Notes: generated from the letters alone by a model not told the origin. A stretch of 64,000 nucleotides of DNA from Octopus sinensis (GCF_006345805.1 NC_043015.1:48236001-48300000), one strand, 5' to 3'. Positions 30,290 through 44,718 are shown, numbered from the stretch's first letter. Made by a program: numbers and translations.

Positions 30290-33200
30290 GCGCGCACACA
30301 TGCATATGCATATATGGCTTTCAGTTTCTATCTACTAAATCTACTCACAAGGTGTCAAGCAGTGAGACTGAACCCAAAGCCATGTGATTGAGAAGTGACT
30401 ATCTTAACCACAGAGCCACGTCTGCGTCTTAAATTCTGAACTCAGGAGTTCAGAGTTCAAGTCATATCGAGCCTCTTACTTCTTCTGAGTCCAATAACAT
30501 AAAAGGGACATATCAAGGTAAGTGGTCTAGCTTGAGAGGGAAATCGATCACGTTTACCTGTCATCAGCTTGCTTTGCAAACATGGTTTTGGCATCAGTCT
30601 CAGTGCATGGCATCATGGGCAAAATGACCTGTGGATGGAAACTGTGTGGAAGCCCATATATATGTGTGTGTGTGTATGTATTATATGTTCCAAAAACTAT
30701 ATACAAGTACAAACAAATGGGAAAGACACACATGGAATGTCACTAAATCCTCTTCAGTTATTGTCCAAAGGATCATAGCAATTCCATGCCTTCATCCTTT
30801 GGATGATAACTGAAGAGGATTTTGCATTCTATGTGTGTATTTTCCATTTGTTCCGTTTGTTTGTACTTGTATGTATATCTTTGAACATATTCAAAGTAAC
30901 ACCACACACTTTCTTATTTTATATATAGGCGCAGGAGTGGCTGTGTCGTAAGTAGCTTGCTTACCAACCACATGGTTCCGGGTTCATTCCCACTGCGTAG
31001 CATCTTGGGCAAGTGTCTTCTACTATAGCCTCGGGCCGACCAAAGCCTTGTGAGTGGATTTGGTAGACAGAAACTGAAAGAAGCCTGTCGTATATATGTA
31101 TGTGTATGTGTGTGTGTATGTATTATATGTTCCAAAAACTATATACAAGTACAAACAAATGGGAAAGACACACATGGAATGTCACTAAATCCTCTTCAGT
31201 TATTGTCCAAAGGATCATAGCAATTCCATGCCTTCATCCTTTGGATGATAACTGAAGAGGATTTTGCATTCTATGTGTGTATTTTCCATTTGTTCCGTTT
31301 GTTTGTACTTGTATGTATATCTTTGAACATATTCAAAGTAACACCACACACTTTCTTATTTTATATATAGGCGCAGGAGTGGCTGTGTCGTAAGTAGCTT
31401 GCTTACCAACCACATGGTTCCGGGTTCATTCCCACTGCGTAGCATCTTGGGCAAGTGTCTTCTACTATAGCCTCGGGCCGACCAAAGCCTTGTGAGTGGA
31501 TTTGGTAGACAGAAACTGAAAGAAGCCTGTCGTATATATGTATGTGTATGTGTGTGTGTGTATGTATGTATGTGTGTGTATATGTTTGTGTGTCTGTGTT
31601 TGTCCCCCCTAACATCGCTTGACAACCAATGGTGGTGTGTTTACATCCCCGTAACTTAGCTGTTCAGCAAAAGAGACCGATAGAACAAGTACTAGGCTTA
31701 CAAAGAATAAGTCCTGGGGTTGATTTGATCGACTAAAGGCAGTGCTCCAGCATGGCCACAGTCAAATGACTGAAACAAGTAAAAGAGAGTAAAAGAGAAT
31801 AATGTGTGTGTGTGTGTGTGTGTGTATGTGTAAGAGAATTTTTTCTCCATAGTATTTGCTTTGAATTTGTCTTTTAGAAGTTGAAATTTGTCAAAAGCAT
31901 AAATTAACTATTCTGAAGTTCACTTAAGTGTAAACACCGCTTGGGGCTGATACTACTTAATTTCTTCCAACCTGGCAATCTAATTGTGCATTTTAGTCAA
32001 AGTTGTTGACTGCATTTTAGTTAAAGCTATGTCTTTGATTAGGTCTGTCCAGAGTTACCTCTCCAGTGTTTCACATTGATAATGGCTAAAGAGCTAGAAA
32101 CACAGCATCTGGAAATCTGACAGGGAGCAACACTGAACAGATGTGCTTTTGCACTTTTTGCCATAAGAGAGAATTTGTTCTCTGTGGTAACTACAGTGAA
32201 TTTGCCTTTAAAAATTGAAATATGTCACAAATATATTTTAACTAACCTAAAGTTCACACACCCACCCCACCCACTGCTTGACAACCAGTGTTAGTTTGTT
32301 TACATCCCCATAACTTAGCTCAGTAAAAGAGAATGATAGAATAAGTGCCAAACTTTAAAAAAATAATTACTGGAGTCAATTTATTCAACTAAAACACCTT
32401 CAAGGTGGTGCCCCAGCATGGCCACAGACCAATGGCTGAAACAAGTAAACAATAAAAGATATAAATGAATTTTAACATTTTAATCCAAGATATGAGGCAG
32501 CTAGCTAGCAGAATTGTTTGCCCACTAAACACAATATATAGTGAAATTTTGCCCAGCTTTCAGGTTCTGGGTTCAAATTCCACAGAGGTCGAGTTTGCCT
32601 TTCATTCTTTCGGGGGTCAATAAAATAAGCACAAGGTGAGCACTGGGGCCGATGTAACCTATTTCTTTACTACCCACAAGGGGCTAAACACAGAGATGAC
32701 AAACAAGGACAGACAAACGGATTAAGTCGATTACATCAATCCCAGTGTGCAACTGGTACTTAATTTATCGACCCCGAAAGGATGAAAGGCAAAGTTGACC
32801 TCGGCGGAATTTGAACTCAGAACGTAACGGCAGACGAAATACGGCCACGCATTTCGCCCGGCGTGCTAACGTTTCTGCCAGCTCGCCGATGTAACCAACT
32901 TATTCCCTCCCCCAACCTTGATGGCCTAGTGCCAAAATCTGAAATCAATATGAAGGTGCCAAGCTGGCAGAATATTTAGCAGATCGAACAAAATGCTTAG
33001 CGGCGTTTTGTCTGTTTTTACGTTGTGAGTTCAAATTCCACCGAGAAAATGACTGTGCCTTTCATCCTTTCGGGGTCGATTAAATAAGTACCAGTTATGC
33101 ACTGGGGTCAATGTGATTAACTTAACCCCTGTGCCTAGTGCCAAAATTTGAAATCATTATGAAAGCAGTGAGCTGGCAGAAGCATTAGCTTAGCAGCATG

Positions 33201-36200
33201 CTGTCCATCTTTACGTTCAGAGCTCAAATTCCACTGAGGTCAACTTTGCCTTTCATCTTTTTTGAGGTCAATAAGATAACTCCCTATTTCTTTACTACCC
33301 ACAAGGGGCTAAACATCATCATCATCATCATCATCATTTAGCGTCCGTTTTCCATGCTAGCATGGGTTGGACGGTTCAACTGGGGTCTGTGAAGCCGCAA
33401 GACTTCATCAAGCCCAGTCAGATCTGGCAGTGTTTCTACGGCTGGATGCCCTTCCTAACGCCAAAAACACAGAGAGGAAAACAAGGACAGACACACGAAT
33501 TAAGTCGATTACATCAACGCCAGTGCGTGACTGGTACTTATTTAATCGACCCCGAAAGGATGAAAGGCAAAGTCAACCTCGGCGGAATTTGAACTCAGAA
33601 CGTAACTGCAGACGAAATACGGCTACACATTTCACCCGGCGTGCTAACGTTTCTGCCAGCTCGCCACCTTATGGGGTCTATAAGATAACTACCATTTGAG
33701 CGCTGGGGCCGATGTAATCAACTTTTCCCCTCCCCCAAGCTTGCTGGCCTTGTGCCAAAATTCGAAACCAGTATTTTTGTCTAAAATACTATTTATTGAA
33801 TGAAAAGCAATTAAAAGACTTAATTGAAATAAGAGTGGCTATAGATGCAGGAGTGGCCGTGTGGTAAGAAGCTTGCTTCCCAGCCAGATTCAGTCCCACT
33901 GCATGGCACCTTGGGCAAGTGTCATCTACTATAGCCTCAGGCCGACCAAAGCCTTGTGATGGAAACTGAAAGAAGCCCGTTGTATATGTATATGTGTATG
34001 TATGTGTCTTTGTGTGTGTGTTTGTCCCCCACCATTGCTTGACAACTGATATTGGTGTGTTTATGTCCCCATAACTTAGTAGTTCGGCAAAAGAGACCGA
34101 TAGAATGGGTACCAGGCTTACAAAGAATAAGTCAAGGAGTCGATTTCTTTGACTTAGAGGCGGTGCTCCAGCATGACCCCAGTCAAATGACTGAAACAAG
34201 TAAAAAACAAAAGAATATAAGAAAAGTTATACTTAATTATATTGTTGCTAATAATTATTTTTTGATTTAATTTCAAGCTCAAAGAAGGTAATCCCATGCT
34301 ACCTTACCATGGACCAAACCAAAAAAGAGTGGGCTGTATATATCGTCAGTATATCTACTTCTTGAGCTCAGTCCAAGCACGGGAGGAATTTAGTAAGAAC
34401 CCATTGTATTACTTAGAAGGTTTATCACCTAAACTTGTAGTTCCAGTCAAGCTCAGCATCATCGGACCACCAAAGTCTGGAAAAACTTATTGTAAGTTTG
34501 AATGTTCAATCTTTATAACTTTAACCCCTTGCAGACGGATTTATTACTGACAGTCTGTGTTGTGCACCGGTATTAGGCCGTTCAGTAACTACGTAATTTT
34601 TCATACATGGAATTTTACAGTGTATTTAGAGATTTTTCACAGCGTGGTATACTTGAAAATGCAGTGCCGCGCAGAGCGAGACATTGCACCGCGCATGCAC
34701 AGTGTTTCAATGCGGTTAGTACTGCTTCCTATCTGCAAGGAGTTAACATTTATTGCTATTTCCATAATCATTTGTACACACACACACACACACCCATTTA
34801 CAAACACACACACACACACACACACACCTGTACACTCATACACACATATGAACACACACGCACGCACACACACACATATACTCACACACACATACACCCC
34901 ACGCACACATACACACACATGTTCACACACACATGTGCGCGTACATGTGCATACACACACACACGCACACACCCATTTACACACACACACACTCACATAT
35001 ACACACCTGTACACTCATGCACACATATGAACACACATGCACATACACATATACTCACACACACATGCACACCACGCACACATACACACACATGTTCACA
35101 CACACATGTACGCGTGCACGTGCATACACACAGACACACACAAGTGTAGTCATGGTTTGGTTGAGTAGTTTGAGGTGGTTTCATGGCAAAGAATTCATCA
35201 AGGTATCTTTTTTACGTCATCCGAGGAATTGAAATTTTTGCCATTAAGACTATTCTGCAGAGACCTGAATAAATGGAAATCCAAAGGAGCAATATCTGGT
35301 GAATATGGAGGGTAGGGTAACACATCCCAGCCGATCATGAGGTTTCGAGTTCAGCAAAACAAACCAATGAAATCAGTTTCAGGCTTTAAAGAAATAAGAA
35401 CTGGGGTTGATTCATTTGACTAAATATTCTTCATGGCAGTGCCCCAGCATGGCCACAGTCTAATGACTGAAACAATTAAAAGATAAAACAGTGTGTGTGT
35501 GTGTAAATATATACTTATTTACAATATTTAACCCTTTAGTATTTAAACTAGCCATATCTAGCCAAAATATTGGGTTATCTGGAAAGTTCGTGCCGATTTA
35601 TAGCAGCTTACCTTTCGACCTTTTTTAGAACATGGTTGAGTCCATAAAATAGGATTTGACTACACCTCCATTTAGAGCACAGTTTAAGCTATCTTTTCAT
35701 GGGAGAAGGTTTATGTTCATATAACCTGTGTTAATTCTATAACCCTTTAAAATGGAAGATAAGAAAGTTCATTTTTGGCACTTGATGCTTTGGGAACCAG
35801 ACAAAAGTTGCTGCAGCTCGGCTGGGATGTGTTACCCTACCCTCCAATTTCACCAGATATTGCTCCTTCGGATTTCCACTTATTCAGGTCTCTGTAGAAT
35901 AGTCTTAATGGTAAAAATTTCAATTCCTTGGATGACATAAAAAGATACCTTGATGAATTCTTTGCCATGAAACCACCTCAATTCTGGGAAGAGGGTATTT
36001 TAAAGTTAAAGGAAAGATGGATATGCATTATGCAACAAAATGGTTCATATTTGGTTGATTAAAAATGTAATGGCAAGTATTTATTGACCTTTTACTTTCC
36101 TTTAAAAATCGGCATGAACTTTCTGGACAACCCAATATTTTCTCCTGTGTTTATGCTGAAACTGGCCAGATCTGGCCTCTCTCACCAACCCTACAATGTA

Positions 36201-38855
36201 ATTCATAAAATTAACAATTATCTCATCAAAATCTCAAAGCTAACAATATAAACAAGAGCACTCAGAGAGCCAAGGCAACCTCAGCCAAGGCAACACCAAC
36301 GTCCTCTCAATGATTAGCTGGAGAGGATTTTTAAAATGAGAATATCTGAAATAAACTCAACTGTTCTCACAAACAAGAATACTAAAAATGAACCTAATCG
36401 CTCTCTAAAGTCAAGTAAAAAAACAGGAAAAATGATCCAGAATCCTTGTCCAGTAGCGGATCAATCCCCAAATCTAATCAGTTTGTGCCAGTCACAAGGC
36501 CAAGCATCTCTGAAAGTTCCATCCGAATCTATCCAGCGGTTCTTGAGATATTTTGTCCATGGACGAACAAACAAATGCAACTGAAAATAATACCTCTGCC
36601 TTCGCTAAAGCAGAGATAATAAACAAACATTACATTTGACAGAATCTTGTGAATACTAGAGGGACAACGAAAAGCCTGGCTGATGACAGTCAAGGCTGAT
36701 CTGAAACCCAACCTAGGCCCCCATATCTACGGCGTTCGCCACTGGAATAAGGTGTGCTTGGAGATCACGCAGTTGTTAGCCTCAAATCTCCTGGCCTGGT
36801 CGGCGTTTGTGAGAGATCCAGCATTGAAGATGAATGAAGCCAGCTCAACCCACCCCGGGTGAATGCTGTCAAGTCAAGTCAAAGTCAATACTAGAGGGTT
36901 ATACATACATGCACATATTAATGTAAGTTTGTATGTTTGCCTTCTTATCATCTATTTATAATTCAATCATCATTTATATCCTACGATTATCTTAAATTAT
37001 AAGTTGCGGCAGCATGTTCTCCAGTTGCAACCTTGCAACATTGGCTGCAAACCTGGGTGTTGCTACCCATAACGTGGAGGAGAGAAAAATTCATAAATAC
37101 AGGGACCTGACCAGCTGCTATCACTTTGTGCTGGTCGCAGTCGAAAAATCAAGTGTTTCAAGGACCCTGTACTACTAATTTCCTCCACAAAATAGGGACA
37201 TCGGCGATCTTCCAGAGACATGAGCCCTGCAAGGTGGAGTGGCTACTGCAGCAACGCCATAGCGGTCATTACCGTGGCCCACAGCTGAGTACTCCTTTTG
37301 CTCTGGTGTATGTAGCCCTTCACACTCTCCCCTTCTATATTCTGCTGCTTTACCCCCTCCTTTTTTTCTTTTTTTCTTTTCCTTTCTTATCTGTTTCTTT
37401 GTATTTTAAATGTCATAAATATACTTTTTATCTTCATGAATTTGTTTTGCAAAATTCCTGATATGAAATGATTTGTTGAAACAGATATTGTTTTATACCA
37501 GGATGGTCATTTTGTTTTTCCTTTTTGCCAAATAAACACACATTATGTATTCATTCTTCACTTGTTTATTATTGTTCTTATTTTATCTGCTTTCCATTGT
37601 CTGGAAATCTTTCGTGACACATCTGTGACCTCTTCAGTGACTCTTCCAGCCACTTATATGCCCCGCTTGTATTCTGTTTACTCCGTTCTCTAAACAGAAC
37701 TAAAGCAAGACCAAACAGAACAGGAGGATGCACATGGATGGAAGAGTTGCTGAGGAGGTCACAGATGTGGGACAAAAGATTTCCAGGCAATGGACATAAG
37801 ATAAAATAAGAACAATAATAAACGATTAACCCTTTAGTGTTCACATTATTCTGCCAAAATTAATGCTTTTTAATCCTCATTGTTTTGAACTAATCAAGCA
37901 TCATCTTGAGATTTTGATCGGGTAGCTGTTAATTTTTTAAATAATATTGTAGGGTTGGTGTGAGAGACCAGATCTGGCCAATTTGAACATAAAACAGGCA
38001 GAATACTTTTGGCCGGATATGGCCGGTTTAAATGCTAAAGGGTTAAAGAACGAATATATAGTACATATGAATATATAGTGCGTGTGGCAGAAAAGAAAAA
38101 AAATTACCATCCCAAAATATAACAATAAAAGTTTTATCATTTGAATTTGTATTTTCTATTTTCAGTTTGTCACAAACTTGCTGCCCAATTTGGACTAATG
38201 AAATTATCGATGGGAGACGCTGTAAGGAATGTGTTGGAAAATCAACCCAAGACATTCCTTGCTCAACAAATATTAAGTTACCTTATCAAAGGGCTCACTG
38301 TCCCAGATGAATTAGCAGTGAAAGCCATTGAAACGGCTTTATTGGATGTCACTGCTCAAACACGAGGGTATATTTTATCTTTGGTCTTCTAATTGTTTCA
38401 GTCATTAGACTCAGGTCATGCTGGGGCACCACCTTGAAAGAGTTTTAGCTGTACAAACAAACCCCTGCACTTCCTTTTTTTTTTTTTTTTTGTGAGCCTG
38501 GTACTTATTCTGTCTGTCTCTGTTGCTGGACTAATAAGTTATAGAGGACGTAAACACACCAACACCAGTTGTTGAGCTGTGGTGGTGCTGACAAACACAA
38601 TACAATGACACATGTGAGGACTGGCAAACCAGGAGGCTGCACCAGGCTTCAATCTGATCCGGCAATGTTTCTACAGCTGGATACCCTTCCTAGCGCCAAC
38701 CACTCCGAGAGTGTAGTGGGTGCTTTTTACATGCCACTGGCACAGGAGCCAGTCAGGCAGCCCTGAGAGCAATCATGGTCGGATAGTGCTTTCTACATGC
38801 CACCGACACAGAGCTACATATATATAAGTATATATATATGTGTATATATATGTAT

Positions 38856-38890
<35 letters not shown>

Positions 38891-39065
38891 CTTACATATA
38901 CATATATATGTATGTATATATATATATATATATTTAATACACAACTATGAGAGAGGATAGTTGTGTATTAATAATATTTACTGAATCTCAGTCTTTTATG
39001 CGCTAGGCCACTGGTGTTTAAATTGATGTTATTAAATTAATATCCAATTTTTTCACCCTCATTTT

Positions 39066-39102
<37 letters not shown>

Positions 39103-39138
39103 CACATATATCTGTATATGTATATATGTGTGTATGTA

Positions 39139-39192
<54 letters not shown>

Positions 39193-39465
39193 GGTGATGA
39201 TGATGATATATTTTTTTAATTTACATTTTATTTACACTTTTAGCGCTTTCTTCCGTTATCAGATTTGTTAAAAAGTGGTTTAAAGTTAAATTTCTTGGCC
39301 TTTCTATATATAAAAAAAAATCACAATTTTTTATATATAAAAAGGCCAAGAAATTTAACTTTAAACCACATTTTGATAAATCCAGTAACAGAAAAAAGCA
39401 CTAAAAGTGCGAATAAAATGTAAATAAAAATATATATAATTATCCAACGTTCCCACTACCTTACT

Positions 39466-39505
<40 letters not shown>

Positions 39506-42500
39506 ATAATATCAGGGTAATAAATATTTTATAAACTTTTACTACCCGTGGCCTAGCATGTAGAAAAAATTAGTCAATAGACTATATATTATTCATATAA
39601 ATGCAGTGTACATTTAAACATATAAGAGGTATCCTTCATAAGATTCCTTTAATGCTAGAAGGAACAGCTAAAGTCCAAACCACTATTAGGGATAAAAAAA
39701 AAACTCGAAGGGAATGAAAAATAAAAACATTTACCATCTATTTCCTAGACCATGGTTTCTGACTTTTTTTTAGCAAATATGATGAAGACTTCACCTAGCA
39801 AATTATTTTATTTGCTAAAAAAAAATGTCAGAAACCATGGTCCAGGAAATAGATGGTAAATGCTTTTATTTTTCCTTTCTTTGAAGTTTTTTTTATTCTT
39901 CCTAGTAGTGGTTTGGACTTCAGCTGTTCCTTCTAGCATGAAAGGAATCCTATGAAGGATACCTTTTATGTGTTTAAATGTACACTGTATTTACATATAT
40001 ATATGTGTGTGTGTGTATGTATATATATATATATGACAGGCTTCTTTCAGTTTTCATCTACCAAATCTACTCACTAGGCTTTAGTCAGCACCAGGCTATA
40101 GTAGAACACACTTGCCCATAGTGCCATGCAGTGGGACTGAACCCAGAACCAGTTGGTTGGTGGAGTGAGCTTCTTATCATACACCTACACCACCAGCACC
40201 TGTGGTGATAGCTTTTGTTTTTTTTTTTGTTTTTGTTTTTATCTAGATTTACATATTAAGATATGTAAGCAATTAATTACAGCTTCTATTCTAAATCTAC
40301 TTTCGTCAAATTTCATCTTCATCATCCTCACCATCATCATCCCCGCCTCCTCCCATCATCATCATTATTTAATGTCCACTTTTCCATGCTTGCACGAATC
40401 AGACAAATTCGTTGAGGTAGACTCTCTACAGCTGGATGCTCTTCCTGTTGCTGAGCCTCACCAAGTAAATGAGGTGCTTCAAACTTAAATAGCACAGTGG
40501 CCAGACAAGATTTCACAAACTTCGTAGGCTGACTCTGAAGGAGTGAATACTGCAACTGTGAAATCTTGCGTGCATTAATTTCAGCTCTTCTTATTAGTAA
40601 CTACATTGTTTCTTCCTAGGTAAACCGACATCTGACTGTTCAAAGAACACTTCAAAAGTAACTGGTAGCAATTTCTCTTGAAAATGGTCAAATCTTTCAT
40701 CAACATTCATCATCATCATCATCATCATCATCGCCACCACCATCATCAGCAGCAGCAGCACCACCACCATCATTTAATGTCTACTTTTCCATGCTTGCAT
40801 GAATCAGACAAATTCATTGAGGCAGACTTTCTACAGCTGGTTGCACTTCCTGTTGCTAACCCTCACCTGTTTCCAAGTAAAGTGCTTCAAGCATAAATAG
40901 CACAGTGGTGTCATCAAGTACCTGCAGAAAAAGGTTTTTAGCCCCACCAGGGACATCCATGCTGACCTGGTTTATAACATTAGGGTATTACATTCCAGCT
41001 TTATCAAAAGTGCATAGCTGAATTTAAGAAGGGAACTGACCTTTCAACGTATTTTAGAACATGGTTGAGTCCATAAAATAGGATTTGACTACACCTCTAT
41101 TTAGAGCACAGTTTAAGCTATCTTTTTGTGGAAGAAGGTTTATGTTTCTATAACCTGTGTTAATTCTGTAACCCTTTAAAATGGAAGATAAGAAAGTTCA
41201 TTTTTGGCACTTGATGCTTTGGGAACCAGACAAAAATTGCTGCAGCTCGGCTGGGATGTGTTACCCCACCCTCCATATTCACCAGATGTTGCTCCTTCGG
41301 ATTTCCACTTATTCAGGTCTCTGCAGAATAGTCTTAATGGTAAAAATTTCAATTCCTTGGATGATGTAAAAAGATACCTTGATGTATTCTTTGCCATGAA
41401 ACCACCTCAATTCTGGGATGGGTTTTTTTCAAGTTAAAGGAAAGATGGAGACGCACTGTGCAACAAATGGTTCATATTTGGTTGATTAAAAATGTAATGG
41501 CAAGTATTTATTGACCTTTTTCTTTCTTTTAAAAATCGGCACGAACTTTCCGGACAACCCAATACATGCCTGGTCACTGGAAATATTATTTTTCTTGGAA
41601 TAATTAAGGGTTGGCAGCAGGAAACCTGTCTCAAAATAAATTCTGACTGACCTATGCAAGCATGGAAAAGAGGATATTAAGTGGTGGTGATAATGATGAT
41701 GGTGGTGGTGGCAATGGTTGTTGCTGTTGTTGTTGCTGCTGTTGCTGCCGCTGACGCCACTGCCGATGCCGACGACGACCATCATCATCATCATCATCAT
41801 CATCATCTATGCAAGCTGTGACAGATGGCGTGATATTATTTTACTACACCTTCGCATTTCAGATGTAATTAACCCTTAAAAAAATTACTTAATCTTGCTC
41901 AATTACTTCCTTATCTTTCAGTTATGTTTTTGACGGGATACCTGCGACTGACAATCTAGCCAAATTACTGGATGCCAGGAAGATTATTCCAGTAAAGGTC
42001 TTAGTGTTGAATACTGCCATGGAAGAAACTGCATTCAGAGGATCTCTTGAACGAGTCGAGAAGGAAGCGTGAGTCTGATTGAAAATACTTGCCTCCAGTA
42101 AAATCTAAATTTTGCCTGATGTAATTCTGGTCATTTTAATCCTTAATCTTTTAGTATTTAGATTACTCTGTCAAATGTAATGCTTGTTGCTGGTGTCATG
42201 CAAATGACACCCGTGAAATTATAATTGTGGCCATAGCCAGTAGCATGATCTGCGAATGTTGGGCCTCATGAAGGCGAGGAATAAGGTGGTGAAGCATGAT
42301 CTTTGTATGTTGGGCCTCATGGAGGCAAGGAACAAGGTGGTGAAGCATGATCTTCGTCTGTTGGGCCTCATGGAGGCGAGGAATAAGGTGGTGAAGTATG
42401 ATCTTTGTATGTTGGGCCTCGTGGAGGCGAGGAACAAGGTGGTGAAGCATGATCTTCGTCTGTTGGGCCTCACGGAGGCAAGGAACAAGGTAGTGAAGCA

Positions 42501-44393
42501 TGATCTTCGTATGTTGGGCCTCGTGGTGGCAAGGAACAAAGTGGTGAAGCATGAACTTTGTATGTTGGGCCTCATGGAGGCGAGGAATAAAGTAGTGAAG
42601 CATGATCTTTGTATGTTGGGCCTCGTGGAGGCAAGACACAAGGTGGTGAAGCATGATCTTCGTCGGTTGGGCCTCATGGAGGTGAGGAATATATGTATAT
42701 ATGTATATATGTGTGTGTGTATATGTTTGTGTTTGTCCCCCCCAACATTGCTTGACAACCGATGCTGGTGTGTTTAGGTCCCCGTAACTTAGCGGTTTGG
42801 CAAAAGAGATCGATAGAATAAGTACTAGACTTCCAAAGAATAAGTCCTGGGGTCGATTTGCTCGACTAATGGCGGTGCTCCAGCATGGCCGCAGTCAAAT
42901 GACTGAAAGAAGTAAAAGAGTAAAAGAGAGTTACATTACACATCCAGCAGTGTACACTAGCCTCATTCCTTTCTAACCTTTGCATATCCTCTGCATTCAG
43001 GGCTCACATCTCATGTAGAATTGCTGTCTGTATACAGGCATCATACTATCTTCCTTTCACTCGGAGAGAAGACCCTTTGTGTGTACAAAAAGTAAATGAA
43101 AATGAAATCAACTGAAGTATTGTATTTAAAATTTTAAAAAAGAAGCCCCAAGTGCAAGCCGACCATTTTTACAAACAAGTACATTCCATGCTTTCTATTC
43201 AATTGTTTAGAAATTCAAGCAAACTTTATCTCTCTGCTGCTATATCTGTTTGCTTCAGGTCTTATTCCGAACATAACAGTGCCCAGATCCTTGCAACAAA
43301 ACATCAAGTCTACAAGAAAGAAAACCAAACCATACAGGACTGGTATCAGAAGACTTTTGAGAACCTTTGTATAGTCATTGGGCAACAGTCCAAGTGGGCT
43401 CTTTGGAATGAAATTAAAGAGGCCATATCGGGTTCTGTTGAAAAAGTTCAATCGTATTTAGAAAATGTCAAGAAAGGTAAAGTTTACTTTGTAAAGAAAG
43501 GTTTTTTTATGGCTTAGCTGCCAATTAAAATTTCTGTGGATTTATTGTTCTTTTTGTTAATATTTTGCTAATTCTTCAAAAGAGCAAACAAATTTTGGAA
43601 TTTTTAAATTTTCATCGTGCTATGCATCAGTATTCTTTTTATTAACAATCACCATGACTGCCACCACTACCACCACCACCACCACCACCTGCACCACCAC
43701 CACCACCACCACCACCACCTGCACCACCAAACCAACATCACTAGCCCCACCACTATAACAACAACCAGTACTACCACTGCCACTGATGCCATCAATACCA
43801 CCACCCACAGGACTACCACCAACACCACCACTACCACCACCATCAACTCTACTAATACCAATACCTATTTCTTTACTACCCACAAGGGGCTAAACATAGA
43901 GGGGACAAACAAGGACAGACATAGGTATTAAGTCGATTACATCGACCCCAGTGCGTAACTGGTACTTAATTTATCGACCCCGAAAGGATGAAAGGTAAAG
44001 TCGACCTCGGCGGAATTTGAACTCACAACATAACGGCAGACGAAATACCGCTAAGCATTTCGCTTGATGCGCTAACGTTTCTGCCAGCTCGCCGCCTATA
44101 CCAATACCATCTCTACCATTATCACCACAACCAATGCCTCATTTGCAGGCTTTTTTTATGGCACTGCACAAACACCTTTACATGAAACTTTCAATCAAAT
44201 AGAAATCATTGGATTCTTTTGAACTATAGGCACAGGAGTGGCTGTGTGGTAAGGAGCTTGCTTACCAACCACATGGTTCCAGGTTCAGTCCTACTATGTG
44301 GAACCTTGGGCAAGTGTCTTCTACTATAGCCTCGGGCCGACCAAAGCCTTGTGAGTGGATTTGGTAGACGGAAACTGAAAGAAACCCGTCATA

Positions 44394-44448
<55 letters not shown>

Positions 44449-44667
44449 CGGAGTAAACACATAAATGTGAAACAAGTGGAAAAAAGAGTACTCAATACCA
44501 GTGGTAGAGTAATATGCTTTATTTTAAGCAGCAGAAAATTCAACAAATCTGTTACTCTGAGTTTCTCGTTGCCGTTCATCAGACAGTTCTAGCAAGAACT
44601 GTCTGATGAACGGCAACGAGAAACTCAGAGTAACAGATTTTGTGAATTTTCTGCTGCTTAAATAAAG

Positions 44668-44718
<51 letters not shown>

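Noticed and set aside
36680-36710. CTGATGA..GAAAC as a hammerhead
   Set aside because: It lies in an RTE coding frame ([10 protein letters not shown]) and has no valid stem I, stem III or cleavage triplet.
37000-37330. GC-richer segment as a possible extra exon or element
   Set aside because: The flanking exons already join in phase, and I recognised no protein or repeat signature.
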